DNA of 64,000 nucleotides, taken from positions 386,477 to 450,476 of the forward strand of contig JACOXI010000003.1 in assembly GCA_016176335.1 (NCBI GenBank). The letters run 5' to 3'. A program made the position numbers and the translations under genes. Under the pieces are notes generated by a model, which was not told the origin of the DNA, did not search any database, and was given only the letters and a program-made list of their open reading frames with translations. Of this stretch, positions 10,261-20,816 are shown piece after piece. How positions within the stretch are numbered: position 1 is the first letter of the stretch; each line of letters starts with the position of its first letter. Source of the DNA: Candidatus Daviesbacteria bacterium (GTDB lineage: Bacteria > Patescibacteriota > Microgenomatia > Daviesbacterales > UBA10151).

Positions 10261-11940
10261 ATGACAAAGAAAACATTTTTGTTGGTTTTAATATTAGCCT
10301 TGGCTACAATTTTGAGAATTTGGAAGCTGGATTCAGTTCCAGTGTCACTGTTTGGTGATGAGCTCGATGTTGGTTACCATGCTTATTCAATTTTAAAAAC
10401 CGGCAAAGATTACACAGGCAATACAGCATTATTTTATGTTAACTCGATTGCAGACAAGAAAGCCCCCCTTTATTCATATTTAGCAGTTCCTACTGTAGGA
10501 ATTTTTGGAATATCTCCTTTAGGTGTTCGTTTACCAGCTAGCCTATTTGGAATTTTGGGAGTATTACTTATTTTTTATGTTGTTAAGCTCATAACTTCTG
10601 AAAATATTGGTTTGATCTCTGCTGTACTGTTGGCTGTTTCTCCCTGGCATATTCAATTTTCTCGTTGGGGATTGGAACACACCTTAATGTTAGGATTATT
10701 TTTAGCAGGTATTTATTTTTTCTTTAAAAGTTTATCAAAAAATAAATGGTTGTTGGTATCTAGTGTCTGTTTTGCACTCACACCTTATGCTTATCATGCA
10801 GCAAAAATTTTTCTCCCCTTAATTTTAGTTGTTATGCTGATGATATTTTGGCGAGAGCTTAAAAAAGTCTCAAAAAGTTATTTCATAGTTTCCACATTAT
10901 TGATATTGATAATTGCTGGACCAGTAATCATAAGTAGCATTTTTGGAAATACCGCAGAACGTTTTAATTCTTTATCTATCTTGAGCGACTCTAAGAATGT
11001 TGGGGAGATAGGTTTTGATAGAGTCAAAGATATTCAGATGGAATCGCCTTTTGGTAGGCTATTTCATAATAAAATCACACTGCTTTTGGGAAAAATTGGA
11101 GAGAATTATTTTCGTTCTTTTTCAACAGAATTTCTATTCATCAGAGGAGATATTAATTTAAGACATTCAATTCTACAAAACGGTGAATTTTATAAGTATC
11201 AACTTTTCTTTTTAATTTTGGGATTAATATTTTTTACAGCTAAAATACCGAATCAAAAATACAAACTTTTTATAATATCTTGGTTACTTTTGTCCCCTTT
11301 TCCTGCTATGGTTACAACAGAGGGTGGTAATCATGCTGCAAGATTGTTCTTTATGCTACCAGTGCTGATAATCATTATCGCTACAGGAATATACTATAGT
11401 TATTTTACTTTAAGTAAAAAATTCCAAAGAATGTACATATTGGGTATGGCTTTATTGATTTTGTTAAGCTTTTTGTTTTACCAACATAATTATTGGATAC
11501 ACTATCCTTGGGATTCAGAGAGATGGTGGCAGGCAGGGTTTAAAGAGGCGATTCAATCAGTGGTTTCAGAAAGCAAAAATTATGATAAAGTGATTATCAG
11601 CCAAGCTGACGAACCGGCTCTGATTTCTTTCCTTGGTTACTCTGAATATCCTCCAGATCAATTTCAACAGAAGTACCCTTTAACTTCAGAAGATGTACCA
11701 AGTTTTGGCTCAATATCAAAACTGGATAAATATCATTTTCCTTCCATTGGAAAGGGAACCGATCTTTATAGCTTAGGATCTGTTTTACCTCCTAAAACTT
11801 TATACCTTGCTACAATAAAAGAGATAAATTTAAATCTTATACGTGAGCCGGAGCGTGTCCCAAAAGATCTTAAACTGATTAAATCAATCACTTATCCTTC
11901 AGGTGACCCTGCTTTTTATCTTTTCCAGAAAGCAATATAA
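10261..11940 (+). CDS. ArnT/PMT_2-family (GT39/GT83-like) GT-C glycosyltransferase
   Basis: The first extracytoplasmic loop has FGDELDVGYHAYSI (acidic DE/EL motif) and a ...KKAPLYSYL... (KPPL-like) motif. It has more than 10 TM and a C-terminal soluble domain shared with ORFs 17577, 19212 and 20813. Confidence 0.7.
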   Translation: MTKKTFLLVLILALATILRIWKLDSVPVSLFGDELDVGYHAYSILKTGKDYTGNTALFYVNSIADKKAPLYSYLAVPTVGIFGISPLGVRLPASLFGILGVLLIFYVVKLITSENIGLISAVLLAVSPWHIQFSRWGLEHTLMLGLFLAGIYFFFKSLSKNKWLLVSSVCFALTPYAYHAAKIFLPLILVVMLMIFWRELKKVSKSYFIVSTLLILIIAGPVIISSIFGNTAERFNSLSILSDSKNVGEIGFDRVKDIQMESPFGRLFHNKITLLLGKIGENYFRSFSTEFLFIRGDINLRHSILQNGEFYKYQLFFLILGLIFFTAKIPNQKYKLFIISWLLLSPFPAMVTTEGGNHAARLFFMLPVLIIIIATGIYYSYFTLSKKFQRMYILGMALLILLSFLFYQHNYWIHYPWDSERWWQAGFKEAIQSVVSESKNYDKVIISQADEPALISFLGYSEYPPDQFQQKYPLTSEDVPSFGSISKLDKYHFPSIGKGTDLYSLGSVLPPKTLYLATIKEINLNLIREPERVPKDLKLIKSITYPSGDPAFYLFQKAI

Positions 11941-11954
11941 TTAACATTAGTATT

Positions 11955-12860
11955 ATGAGCAAAGACATTTCAGTCATAATCAATACCTTAAATGAAGAGA
12001 AAAACATTGCAAGAGCAATTGAGTCTGTTAAATGGGCGGATGAAGTAGTGGTATGTGATATGCACTCCGAAGATAAAACTGTTGAGATTGCTAAAAAATT
12101 AGGCGCAAAAGTAATTTCCCATAAAAGGTTAGATTATGTAGAACCTGCCAGAAATTTTGCCATATCAAAGGCTTCTAATGAATGGATACTGATTGCTGAT
12201 CCTGATGAGGAGATTCCAGATCAGTTAGCCAAGAGATTAAAAGAGATTGCAAATAAAATGGAGCAGATAGATTATGTCAGAATACCCAGAAAAAATATTA
12301 TTTTTGGTAAATGGATGAAAGGAGCAATGTGGTGGCCTGACTTAAATGTAAGATTTTTTAGGCAAGATAAGGTTAAATGGACCGACAAAATCCATCGACC
12401 GCCAGAACTGTTAGGACAAGGATTAGACTTACCAGCAGAGGAAAAATGGGCGATTATTCATCATAATTATCAGACTATTGGTCAATTTATAGAGAGGATG
12501 AACCGTTATACCACAATTGAAGCAGAGGAATTAAAAAAGCAGGGATACGAATTTAACTGGCAAGACCTTTTTGATAAACCGTTAAATGAGTTTCTTTCAA
12601 GATTTTTTGCAAACCGAGGTTTTGAAGACGGATTACATGGATTGGCTTTAAGTTTATTACAGGGTTTTTCTTTTTTAATAATCTATCTTAAAGTGTGGGA
12701 AAATTCTTCATTCAAGGAAGCTGCGCTTAATCTGGCTGATTTGGAAGCAGACAAATCAAAGATGGGTTATCAAATAAATTACTGGATGAAGGAGATTAAA
12801 TCATCTAAAAATCCTTTTAAAAGATTTTTCTCGAAGTTTAAAGTTTATTTTTTTGAATAA
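11955..12860 (+). CDS. GT2-family glycosyltransferase
   Basis: The N-terminus ISVIINTLNEEKNIARAIESVKWADEVVVCDMHSEDKT is a GT-A fold with an acidic motif. It is a tandem paralog of the next gene. Confidence 0.75.
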   Translation: MSKDISVIINTLNEEKNIARAIESVKWADEVVVCDMHSEDKTVEIAKKLGAKVISHKRLDYVEPARNFAISKASNEWILIADPDEEIPDQLAKRLKEIANKMEQIDYVRIPRKNIIFGKWMKGAMWWPDLNVRFFRQDKVKWTDKIHRPPELLGQGLDLPAEEKWAIIHHNYQTIGQFIERMNRYTTIEAEELKKQGYEFNWQDLFDKPLNEFLSRFFANRGFEDGLHGLALSLLQGFSFLIIYLKVWENSSFKEAALNLADLEADKSKMGYQINYWMKEIKSSKNPFKRFFSKFKVYFFE

Positions 12861-12866
12861 AGAATT

Positions 12867-13670
12867 ATGTTAAGCGTTGTTGTACTTACGAAAAATGAAG
12901 AGGATAGAATAAAGGTTTGTCTTGAGTCTGTTAAATGGGCTGATGAGATTGTTGTAGTGGATAATGGATCGAAAGATAGCACCTTAGAAATAGCAAAAAG
13001 ATATACAGATAAAATTTTTAGTGTGAATCTGCAAGATTTTGCCGCATGGCGAAATTTTGCTGCAGAAAAAGTATTAGGGGATTGGATGTTATTTGTAGAC
13101 CCGGATGAGAGAGTACTTGAACCTTTAAAAAAAGAAATAGAAGGTATGATAAGCGTTTCGGATTTTTCCGCATATGCTCTTTCCCGAAAGAATATAATAT
13201 TTGGAACCGAGGTGAAGTATGGTCCATTCTGGCCTGATTGGGTAATCAGGCTTTTAAAAAAGGATGATTTTGAAACTTGGGTGGGGAAAATTCATGAATA
13301 CCCTAAATTTAAAGGCCAACTAGGATATAGCAAAAACTCTCTGTTACATCTGACTCATCAGGATCTTGATCGAATAGTTTTAAAAAGTTTGGCATGGAGC
13401 AAGATTGATGCCAAATTGAGGTTTGATGTTAACCACCCAAAAATGAGTGGCATCAGATTTTTAAGGATTTTTATCACAGAGTTTTTTCACCAAGGAATTA
13501 CAAGAGGCGGTTTTTTTGGCGGCACTGTTGGGGTAATGGATTCTATACTACAAGTTTTTAGCTTGTTCATGACCTATGTCAGGCTTTGGCAAATGCAACA
13601 AAGGAAACCACTAAGAGAAATTTATAGTGATATTGATAAAAAATTAATCGAAGATAACTTCAAATATTAG
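12867..13670 (+). CDS. GT2-family glycosyltransferase
   Basis: LSVVVLTKNEEDRIKVCLESVKWADEIVVVDNGSKDSTLEIAKRY, plus a DPDE motif. Confidence 0.75.
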   Translation: MLSVVVLTKNEEDRIKVCLESVKWADEIVVVDNGSKDSTLEIAKRYTDKIFSVNLQDFAAWRNFAAEKVLGDWMLFVDPDERVLEPLKKEIEGMISVSDFSAYALSRKNIIFGTEVKYGPFWPDWVIRLLKKDDFETWVGKIHEYPKFKGQLGYSKNSLLHLTHQDLDRIVLKSLAWSKIDAKLRFDVNHPKMSGIRFLRIFITEFFHQGITRGGFFGGTVGVMDSILQVFSLFMTYVRLWQMQQRKPLREIYSDIDKKLIEDNFKY

Positions 13671-14761
13671 TGAAACTTATGAAAATTGCTATTTATTCCC
13701 CGTATTTGGATACCTTTGGCGGCGGAGAGAAATATATGATGAGTATTGGCGAAATACTTTCCCAAAATAATTTTGAGGTAGATATACTTTTGGATAAGAA
13801 TTTGGAGAATAAGGATTGCAAGTATTTAAAAAATGAATTATCAAAAAGATTTAATTTGAATCTTGAGAGAGTATCTTTTATCAGAGCTCCAATAGGAGAG
13901 GGATCTAATTTTTTTTCGAGATTCTTTTTTTTAAAAAAATATACGGTATTTTTCTATTTGTCAGATGGTAGTATCTTTTATCCAACTGCCAGAAAGAACA
14001 TTTTACATATCCAATCTCCCATTATTGGACAACCTGCAAAAAGTTTATGGGGGAAAATAAAACTAAAGGGGTGGAATTTAATTATTTATAATTCGCAGTT
14101 TACCCAAAAATATTCTCAAAACAATTGGCCGCTGACGTCTCAAGTGATCTATCCCCCGGTTGATACTGAAAAAATTAAATTACTCGGGAAGAAAAATTAT
14201 ATTTTATCGGTAGGTAGATTTTTTGGTTACTTAAAAGACAAAAAACACGCAATTATGATCAAAGCATTTAAAGATCTGTATAAAGGTAAAAAAGTAGATG
14301 GTTGGAGTTTGTATTTGGTTGGAGTGGCATCAAAAGGAGATGAGCCTTATCTCATGCAATTACGCAATTTATCCAAAGGGTTTCCTATCAACTTTTATCC
14401 GAATTTAGCATATAACGCACTCATGACACTTTATGGACAGTCAAGTATTTACTGGCATGCTGCAGGTTTTGGAGAGGAAGATCCGACCAAGATGGAACAT
14501 TTTGGAATATCAACAGTTGAGGCAATGGCAGCAGGCTCTGTGCCAGTGGTTGTAAATGGTGGAGGACAAACAGAAATTGTAGAAGACGGAAAGAGCGGTT
14601 TTTTGTGGAATTCTCTAAAAGATTTGCAAAGATTTACAACTTCGTTAATTAAAGACCAAAATTTAAGGTCTAAATTATCACAAAATGCGGTTTTGGCTTC
14701 TCATAAATTTTCCAAAAAAAGATTTGAGAAAGAAATTTTAAAGGTAGTTGATTATTTATGA
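13670..14761 (+). CDS. GT4-family glycosyltransferase
   Basis: The C-terminal half has EHFGISTVEAMAAGSVPVVVNGGGQTEIVEDGKSGFL (EX7E-type retaining GT-B motif). The track start is a GTG at 13670; an alternative ATG lies at 13679. Confidence 0.75.
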   Translation: MKLMKIAIYSPYLDTFGGGEKYMMSIGEILSQNNFEVDILLDKNLENKDCKYLKNELSKRFNLNLERVSFIRAPIGEGSNFFSRFFFLKKYTVFFYLSDGSIFYPTARKNILHIQSPIIGQPAKSLWGKIKLKGWNLIIYNSQFTQKYSQNNWPLTSQVIYPPVDTEKIKLLGKKNYILSVGRFFGYLKDKKHAIMIKAFKDLYKGKKVDGWSLYLVGVASKGDEPYLMQLRNLSKGFPINFYPNLAYNALMTLYGQSSIYWHAAGFGEEDPTKMEHFGISTVEAMAAGSVPVVVNGGGQTEIVEDGKSGFLWNSLKDLQRFTTSLIKDQNLRSKLSQNAVLASHKFSKKRFEKEILKVVDYL

Positions 14762-16137
14762 AAAGATTTTTTCAAAAAACAACAGTCTGGGTATCAATTT
14801 TCTTTTTACTAAGCTCCATTTTTAGACTATCCAATCTTAATTTGATGGAGTTTAAATCTGATGAGGCTACAACCGTTTTTCAAACTATCCAGTTTTTTGA
14901 CCGTCCATATCTGATTGCGCGGGGTTTGATTTCAGGAACAGGAGTCTACAATTTTCCTTTGTTCAATTATTTGATAATTATTATTGCTGCTGTATCAAAA
15001 GATCCCCAAGTTTTAAGCTGGATGATTGCTTTAATCAACAGTGTACTGGTGGGTATTTTCTTCTTATTGGTTAAAAGATATTACAATTTTTTAACAGCTA
15101 TCCTGGCCGCAACACTTTTGGCATTTTCACCATGGGCTGTGATTTTCTCCCGCAAGATTTGGGCGCAAGATTTGATTAATCTTTTGCTGATTCCCATTCT
15201 ATGGCTGTTGCATGAGATTATTTTAAAAAAGACCACCAAAGTTTTTTTACCCCTATTTGCGCTGCTGACTTTATTAATACAGCTTCATGGTTCAGGATTA
15301 TTTTTTGCAGCCGTCACAGTAATTGTTTTGCTGATTTTGCGTGTCAGGGTGAAATTTAAACAAGCCTTAGCAGGCATTTTAATCGGGTTAATACCTATCC
15401 TGCCTTATGTTTTTTTTCAAATTAATTCCTATCCTTCATGCCCCGATTGCGAAGCTTTCTTAAACTACCAGCAGTCTTTTCGCATATTTGACTTTAACAA
15501 TTTCCTCAAGCCCTTTCAAATTATCAGCGGTTTAGGGTATCATTTTGTTTTAGGTAAAAGTTATACTGATTTTATTGCTGTTTATCCTTTAGTTAATCAA
15601 TTAAAATATATTTTCTTCACAGGATTTTTTGTTACTTTAATGGGTATACTTTTTGTGATTGCAAAAAAACAAAAGTATCTTTTTTTAGTTATATATTTTG
15701 TTACTCTTCCCTTTTTGTTCTTTATTACTAAAACACCAGCATATATGCATTATTTTGTTATCATTATACCCGTGAGCACTCTTTTATTTGCAGTCTCTTT
15801 AAGTACTGCCTATTCTTTTTTACGGAATAAGCTTTTGAGAGCATCCATCATAACCTATTTCTTGCTATTTCTTGCTTCAAACATTGCCTTCCTTATTTTC
15901 TTTAATAATTTTCTGGCAGTTAAAAAGCAAATTGACGGAGATTATGGACCAGTATACTCTGTGACCAAAAGCTTCATTGAAAAGGAAACAAGCGATTACA
16001 AAAGCCTGCCTTATTATCAATTTCTCAAAAGTTATGCTTACATGTATGCCCAGTCAAAAAATTTTCATACTAAACTGGGGGAATTTTTTTTGGAAAAAGG
16101 CGAATATGATTTAGCAGCACAGGAGTTGAAAAAATGA
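14758..16137 (+). CDS. PMT_2/ArnT-like GT-C membrane glycosyltransferase (divergent)
   Basis: The first loop has FKSDEATTVFQ...NFPLFNYL (DE and PL motifs). It has more than 10 TM and a short TPR-like C-terminal tail. There is an ATGA overlap with the GT4 upstream. Confidence 0.55.
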   Translation: MKRFFQKTTVWVSIFFLLSSIFRLSNLNLMEFKSDEATTVFQTIQFFDRPYLIARGLISGTGVYNFPLFNYLIIIIAAVSKDPQVLSWMIALINSVLVGIFFLLVKRYYNFLTAILAATLLAFSPWAVIFSRKIWAQDLINLLLIPILWLLHEIILKKTTKVFLPLFALLTLLIQLHGSGLFFAAVTVIVLLILRVRVKFKQALAGILIGLIPILPYVFFQINSYPSCPDCEAFLNYQQSFRIFDFNNFLKPFQIISGLGYHFVLGKSYTDFIAVYPLVNQLKYIFFTGFFVTLMGILFVIAKKQKYLFLVIYFVTLPFLFFITKTPAYMHYFVIIIPVSTLLFAVSLSTAYSFLRNKLLRASIITYFLLFLASNIAFLIFFNNFLAVKKQIDGDYGPVYSVTKSFIEKETSDYKSLPYYQFLKSYAYMYAQSKNFHTKLGEFFLEKGEYDLAAQELKK

Positions 16138-17573
16138 AGAAGCTAATAATTTTCCTGATAGTTTTAATTTTTACTTTTATTTTAAGAGCTCACAATTTTG
16201 ACCGCATACCGGCAATGGGACATTTAGAGGAGCAAATGTTTGCCTGGGCAGGAATTCACCTGATTGAAAGAGGAGTGCCACTTGCCTGGTCATCCTTGGA
16301 TTTTCCGGAAAGGGCCATAGTCTATAAAGGGCCAGTTTCTTATAAAGGCGGAGACCCAGTTGTTCATGTAAATTTAGTTCAGCCTTGGCTGGAGCAACCG
16401 CCACTTTTCTCACTTTTAGTAGGCAGTTTTGCTCATTGGTATAAGGTAGATCGTAATGGAGTAATTCCCACCTCATTTATAAGAACACCGATAGTGATAA
16501 TTTCAATTTTTACATCTGTGATGATTTTTTTGGTTGCCAGGCTTATTTCCGGTTATTGGACTGGTATTTTGGCGATGCTTATTTATGGTGTTACTCCTAT
16601 TTTAGTTTTAGGATCGAGATTGGCTGTGCCGGAAAACGTAATTGCTTTAGTATATCTTATAATTATCTACTTACTTCTAAAATTTCAGCAAAATCCAAAA
16701 TTTAAATTTATTGTTTTAATACCTTTGTTAGTAGGTATAGCAGGACTTTCTAAAGCCACAGGCTTTTTTATTATCTTTTTAGCAATTTATATTGTACTAA
16801 TAAAGCATCAATTTAAAAGAGCGTTTTATCTTTTTGTGGCTACTCTTCCTTTCGTGGCTTTATTTTTTGCCTACGGGCTTTATTTTGATCAAGAAATTTT
16901 TTGGAAGATTACTGCTATTCAATCATTTCGCCCGGTAGGTTTTGGAAACTTGGGTTGGTTTTTTGTTTCGCCAGCCTATGATATTACTGAACTGGTGGAT
17001 GGATGGTTTATTTTTTTGCTGCTTTCTGCGGCCTTTTTCCTTTTTTCTCCACAAGCGGGTCTGAAAAGGTTTATCAGTCTGTCTTTTATTTTCTGGCTAG
17101 CCGTGGTGATGGTTTCCGGAGGAGAGACAGATCTTTTACCTTGGTATAGATATCCTTCATATCCGCTGCTGGCAATTATGGGAGCTTGGGGTTTACAGAT
17201 TCTGGTCAAGCGGGCTGATTTCTTTGCCGCTTTTTTGACAACTGGATTGCTCTTGGGTAATAGGATGCTTTTGGTTAACCCTTTTCGTCCTAATATAACT
17301 CCTATAAATTTTAGATTGGTTTTTTTGCTACTTTTATTACCAGCTCTTTTAATAACAATTTTTAACAAAAGTTATTTGGAAAAACTTATTAAAGTGGTGC
17401 TTATTTTAGTCGTTATTACAGGCATGTATTTTAATACAAGTTATTTATACAATATCTTTGAATTGAAGTGTGAGAGTCGGACTTGTCCAATAGGACCTTC
17501 CACCAAGCTTTCTACTATTAGCTTCCCATTCATCTGGCGATGGCTGGTTTTAGGTGAACCTAAACTAAGATAA
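16134..17573 (+). CDS. PMT_2/ArnT-like GT-C membrane glycosyltransferase (divergent)
   Basis: HLEEQMFAWAGIHLIERG...PWLEQPPLFSLLVGSFAHW (acidic loop plus PPL motif), then many TM segments. ATGA overlap upstream. Confidence 0.55.
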   Translation: MKKLIIFLIVLIFTFILRAHNFDRIPAMGHLEEQMFAWAGIHLIERGVPLAWSSLDFPERAIVYKGPVSYKGGDPVVHVNLVQPWLEQPPLFSLLVGSFAHWYKVDRNGVIPTSFIRTPIVIISIFTSVMIFLVARLISGYWTGILAMLIYGVTPILVLGSRLAVPENVIALVYLIIIYLLLKFQQNPKFKFIVLIPLLVGIAGLSKATGFFIIFLAIYIVLIKHQFKRAFYLFVATLPFVALFFAYGLYFDQEIFWKITAIQSFRPVGFGNLGWFFVSPAYDITELVDGWFIFLLLSAAFFLFSPQAGLKRFISLSFIFWLAVVMVSGGETDLLPWYRYPSYPLLAIMGAWGLQILVKRADFFAAFLTTGLLLGNRMLLVNPFRPNITPINFRLVFLLLLLPALLITIFNKSYLEKLIKVVLILVVITGMYFNTSYLYNIFELKCESRTCPIGPSTKLSTISFPFIWRWLVLGEPKLR

Positions 17574-17576
17574 ATT

Positions 17577-19193
17577 ATGGATAAAAAAGTTAACATAGTT
17601 TTATTTACTTTAATACTGCTAATAGCCTTTCTCTTAAGATTCTATCAAGTTAATGATCTTCCTCCGTCTTTAAACTGGGACGAGGTGTCAATTGGCTATA
17701 ATGCTTATTCGATCTTCAAAACAGGTAGAGATGAGTGGGGGCAATTTTTGCCTTTAAGTTTTAGAGCCTTTGGTGATTATAAATTACCTCTTTACATTTA
17801 CCTGGATGTGCCGTTTGTGGCTATCTTAGGTTTGAATGAAATAGCAGTGAGACTTCCTTCTGTGGTATCGGGAATAGGGGTGGTAGTGCTTATTTTTCTG
17901 ATATTAAAAGAATTAACAAAGAGTATTTATCTTTCTCTTTGGGGGATGTTTATGAGTGCAATTCTGCCTTGGTTGGTAGTTTTTTCCCGTATTGCCTTAG
18001 AGGCAAATCTGGCTCTTTTTTTAACGACTGCTTCGTTTTATTTGTTTTTACTTTCTCAAAGAAAAAAGAAATTATTACCTTTATCTGCCATCCTCTTAGG
18101 GTTATCAACTTTCTCTTATAATAGCAGCAGAGTATTAGTCTTACCCTTTGTAATACTTGCAGCAATTTTTCTCTTTAGTTCTTCAAAGATTAAAGAAGTA
18201 TTTATTCCTTTAGTAGTCTTGCTAATATTTATTAGTGTGGCTTTCTTTCAAGCTCTTGCGGTTGATTCCGGAGCGAGGTATAGATGGACGACTATTCTGG
18301 ATGAGGGAGCAATCGAAAGCATCAATCAACTCCGCGGATCATCTAACCTGCCATCAATACTGAACCAATTGGTATATAATAAAGCTACTTATTTTCTGGT
18401 TGAATCCTCCAAAAACTACCTGTCTCATTTTGATCCGAATTTTTTATTTCTGAGGGGGGGATCAAACTTTCAATTTTCTGTCCCTGGAACCGGCCAAATA
18501 TACTTGGGAATGCTACCTTTTATTCTATTGGGAATTTGGCAAATGATGAAACAAAGGAAAAACTGGCAGCTGTTTATACTAGGTTGGATGCTGATTGCGC
18601 CAATTCCCGGGGCAATCACCAGAGATGCTCCTCATTCTCTAAGAACTATTTTTTTGACTATACCGTTACTTTTGAGTGCGGTTATAGGAATAAAATGGAG
18701 CAAGGATTTTTTACCTGCAAAAATTTTCCATCCCTTGTCAGTCCTTACAGTATTGGTACTGCTTGGTAGCACCTACATGTTTTGGCAAAACTATACTGGT
18801 GATTACCGAAAAGAATATTCCTGGTCTTGGCAATACGGATACAAGGAGGCTTTAGAGTTTGTCAAGACACATCAAGCCAATTATGATCGGATTGTTTTTA
18901 GTAAAATTTACGGTGAACCTCATGAATTTGTACTTTTTTACTTGAATTACGATCCTCATAAGTACCAAACCAGTAAAAATTTAATTAGGTACCGACAATC
19001 TGACTGGTTCTGGGTAGATAGATTTGACAAGTTTGAATTTATAAATGATTGGGAAATCAATGACAAGGTTTTAGGTATGAAGAATACTTTACTTATTACC
19101 AGCCCTCAAAATTTCCCGGCAAATTCTCAAATTTTAAAAACCATTAATTTTTTAGACGGAAAGAAGGCTTTTGAGATAGTAGCGGTGAACTAA
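17577..19193 (+). CDS. ArnT/PMT_2-family (GT39/83-like) GT-C glycosyltransferase, tandem paralog 1 of 3
   Basis: LNWDEVSIGYNAYSIFKTGRDEWG...YKLPLYIYL...RLPSVVSG, then more than 10 TM and a conserved C-terminal soluble domain. Contains a G7 tract at 18454-18460. Confidence 0.7.
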   Translation: MDKKVNIVLFTLILLIAFLLRFYQVNDLPPSLNWDEVSIGYNAYSIFKTGRDEWGQFLPLSFRAFGDYKLPLYIYLDVPFVAILGLNEIAVRLPSVVSGIGVVVLIFLILKELTKSIYLSLWGMFMSAILPWLVVFSRIALEANLALFLTTASFYLFLLSQRKKKLLPLSAILLGLSTFSYNSSRVLVLPFVILAAIFLFSSSKIKEVFIPLVVLLIFISVAFFQALAVDSGARYRWTTILDEGAIESINQLRGSSNLPSILNQLVYNKATYFLVESSKNYLSHFDPNFLFLRGGSNFQFSVPGTGQIYLGMLPFILLGIWQMMKQRKNWQLFILGWMLIAPIPGAITRDAPHSLRTIFLTIPLLLSAVIGIKWSKDFLPAKIFHPLSVLTVLVLLGSTYMFWQNYTGDYRKEYSWSWQYGYKEALEFVKTHQANYDRIVFSKIYGEPHEFVLFYLNYDPHKYQTSKNLIRYRQSDWFWVDRFDKFEFINDWEINDKVLGMKNTLLITSPQNFPANSQILKTINFLDGKKAFEIVAVN

Positions 19194-19211
19194 CTACGTT
19201 ATAATTAAAGT

Positions 19212-20816
19212 ATGAGGATTTTGCTGGGAATTTTTTTATTAGGTTTTATTTTGAGAGTTATTTTTTTAGATGTTGCTCCACCGGGGTTTAACGCTGATGA
19301 GGCAGCCTTAGGTTACAACGCTTACTCTATAATAAAAACCGGAAAAGATGAGTGGGGTACCAGTTTCCCTCTGGTTTTTAAATCCTTTTCAGATTATAAA
19401 CCTGGATTATATGTTTATTTGACCATCCCCTTTGTCTGGCTGTTAGGATTAAATGAGTTTTCAGTAAGAATACCTTCAATTTTATTAGGGTCCTTCTCAA
19501 TAGTGCTAATCTATTTTTTATCAAAAGAGCTGTTCAAGAAAGAAGCAGTAGCTTTAGCTTGCGCTTTTCTGTTAAGCATTTCCCCCTGGCATCTGCACTT
19601 TTCCCGGGGGGCTTGGGAAACCAATGCAGCCACTTTTTTTATCCTTTTAGGAGTATACACCTTTATTAAATCTTTTAAAAACCACCGCTTGTTATGGATA
19701 TCTGCAGCAGCTTTTATTGCCTCTATGTATACATATCAAAGCCCTCGGGTAGTAGTACCCGGATTAATTTTGTTATTTATAATCTTCTATTGGAAGAGAC
19801 TGGTGGTAAAGAAAAATATTCCGGTGGTTGTTCTGGCAGTCATCTTATTACTTCCGCTGGTTTTCATTCTAGTTAGCACAGCCGGCTTGGCCAGGTTTAA
19901 GGGGGTATCGATTTTCTCCGACACAGGTCCAATTAATCCGGTGAATGAAGAGAGAGGTCAACATCAAGATCCTTCCTCCTTTTGGATCAGATTCTTTCAC
20001 AATAAAGCAGAAGTTTACGCTCGTAATTTCTTCGGTCATTATCTTGATCATTTTAATCCTAACTTTCTCTTTACTTTGGGCGACCCTCTCAAAAGAAATA
20101 AAGTGCCTGATATGGGACAGATGTATATTTTTGAGATAGTAACTCTTGTTTCGGGATTATATTTTATTATCAGAAGTAAATTTAGTAATACTAAGGTAGT
20201 GTTTTTGTGGCTTCTGGTAGCTCCTTTAGCCTCTTCCTTGACTTATCAGACACCACACGCCCTAAGAGTTCATAATATGGTTATACCCCTCACTTTAATT
20301 TCCGGTTTAGGACTCGGTATGTTATGGGAAAATTTGCCGCGTCTTGCCTGGTCGGTAAAGTATCTAGCTAAAAGTGCGGTTGTTATAGTGATAGGTCTTT
20401 CTGTGGTCAGTTACTTGGATAGATATTATCTTCATTTGCCAAAACAATATGCGCTAGAATGGGAGTACGGTTTTTCTCAAGTGATACCATATATCGTAGA
20501 AAATCAAAATAACTATCAGAAGATTATCATTACAGACAGATACGACCAGCCTTATATCTTATTGTTGTTTTATTCAAAATATGATCCGGCAAGATATCAT
20601 AAGCAGAATAAAGAAATGGGCGAAGATAAATTTGGTTTTTTCACAATTACCTCTTTTGATAAATTCAATTTTAGACCAATAGGTAAAGAAGAAATTCACA
20701 AAAGTAAAAACACTCTATATATTGGAACAAATGAAGAAATTGGCGAAGATCAGATTCCATTGAAGGTGATTAATTTCCCAAATGGAATACCCGCCTTTAA
20801 GATTGTAGGGACTTGA
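19212..20816 (+). CDS. ArnT/PMT_2-family GT-C glycosyltransferase, tandem paralog 2 of 3
   Basis: FNADEAALGYNAYSIIKTGKDEWG...YKPGLYVYL...RIPSILLG. Same architecture as ORF 17577. Confidence 0.7.
   Translation: MRILLGIFLLGFILRVIFLDVAPPGFNADEAALGYNAYSIIKTGKDEWGTSFPLVFKSFSDYKPGLYVYLTIPFVWLLGLNEFSVRIPSILLGSFSIVLIYFLSKELFKKEAVALACAFLLSISPWHLHFSRGAWETNAATFFILLGVYTFIKSFKNHRLLWISAAAFIASMYTYQSPRVVVPGLILLFIIFYWKRLVVKKNIPVVVLAVILLLPLVFILVSTAGLARFKGVSIFSDTGPINPVNEERGQHQDPSSFWIRFFHNKAEVYARNFFGHYLDHFNPNFLFTLGDPLKRNKVPDMGQMYIFEIVTLVSGLYFIIRSKFSNTKVVFLWLLVAPLASSLTYQTPHALRVHNMVIPLTLISGLGLGMLWENLPRLAWSVKYLAKSAVVIVIGLSVVSYLDRYYLHLPKQYALEWEYGFSQVIPYIVENQNNYQKIIITDRYDQPYILLLFYSKYDPARYHKQNKEMGEDKFGFFTITSFDKFNFRPIGKEEIHKSKNTLYIGTNEEIGEDQIPLKVINFPNGIPAFKIVGT

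Noticed and set aside
14758-16137. The C-terminal 'LGEFFLEKGEYDLAAQELKK' of ORF 14758 as a TPR-repeat domain.
   Set aside because: It is a single short helix-like segment, and one partial repeat is insufficient evidence for a TPR domain.
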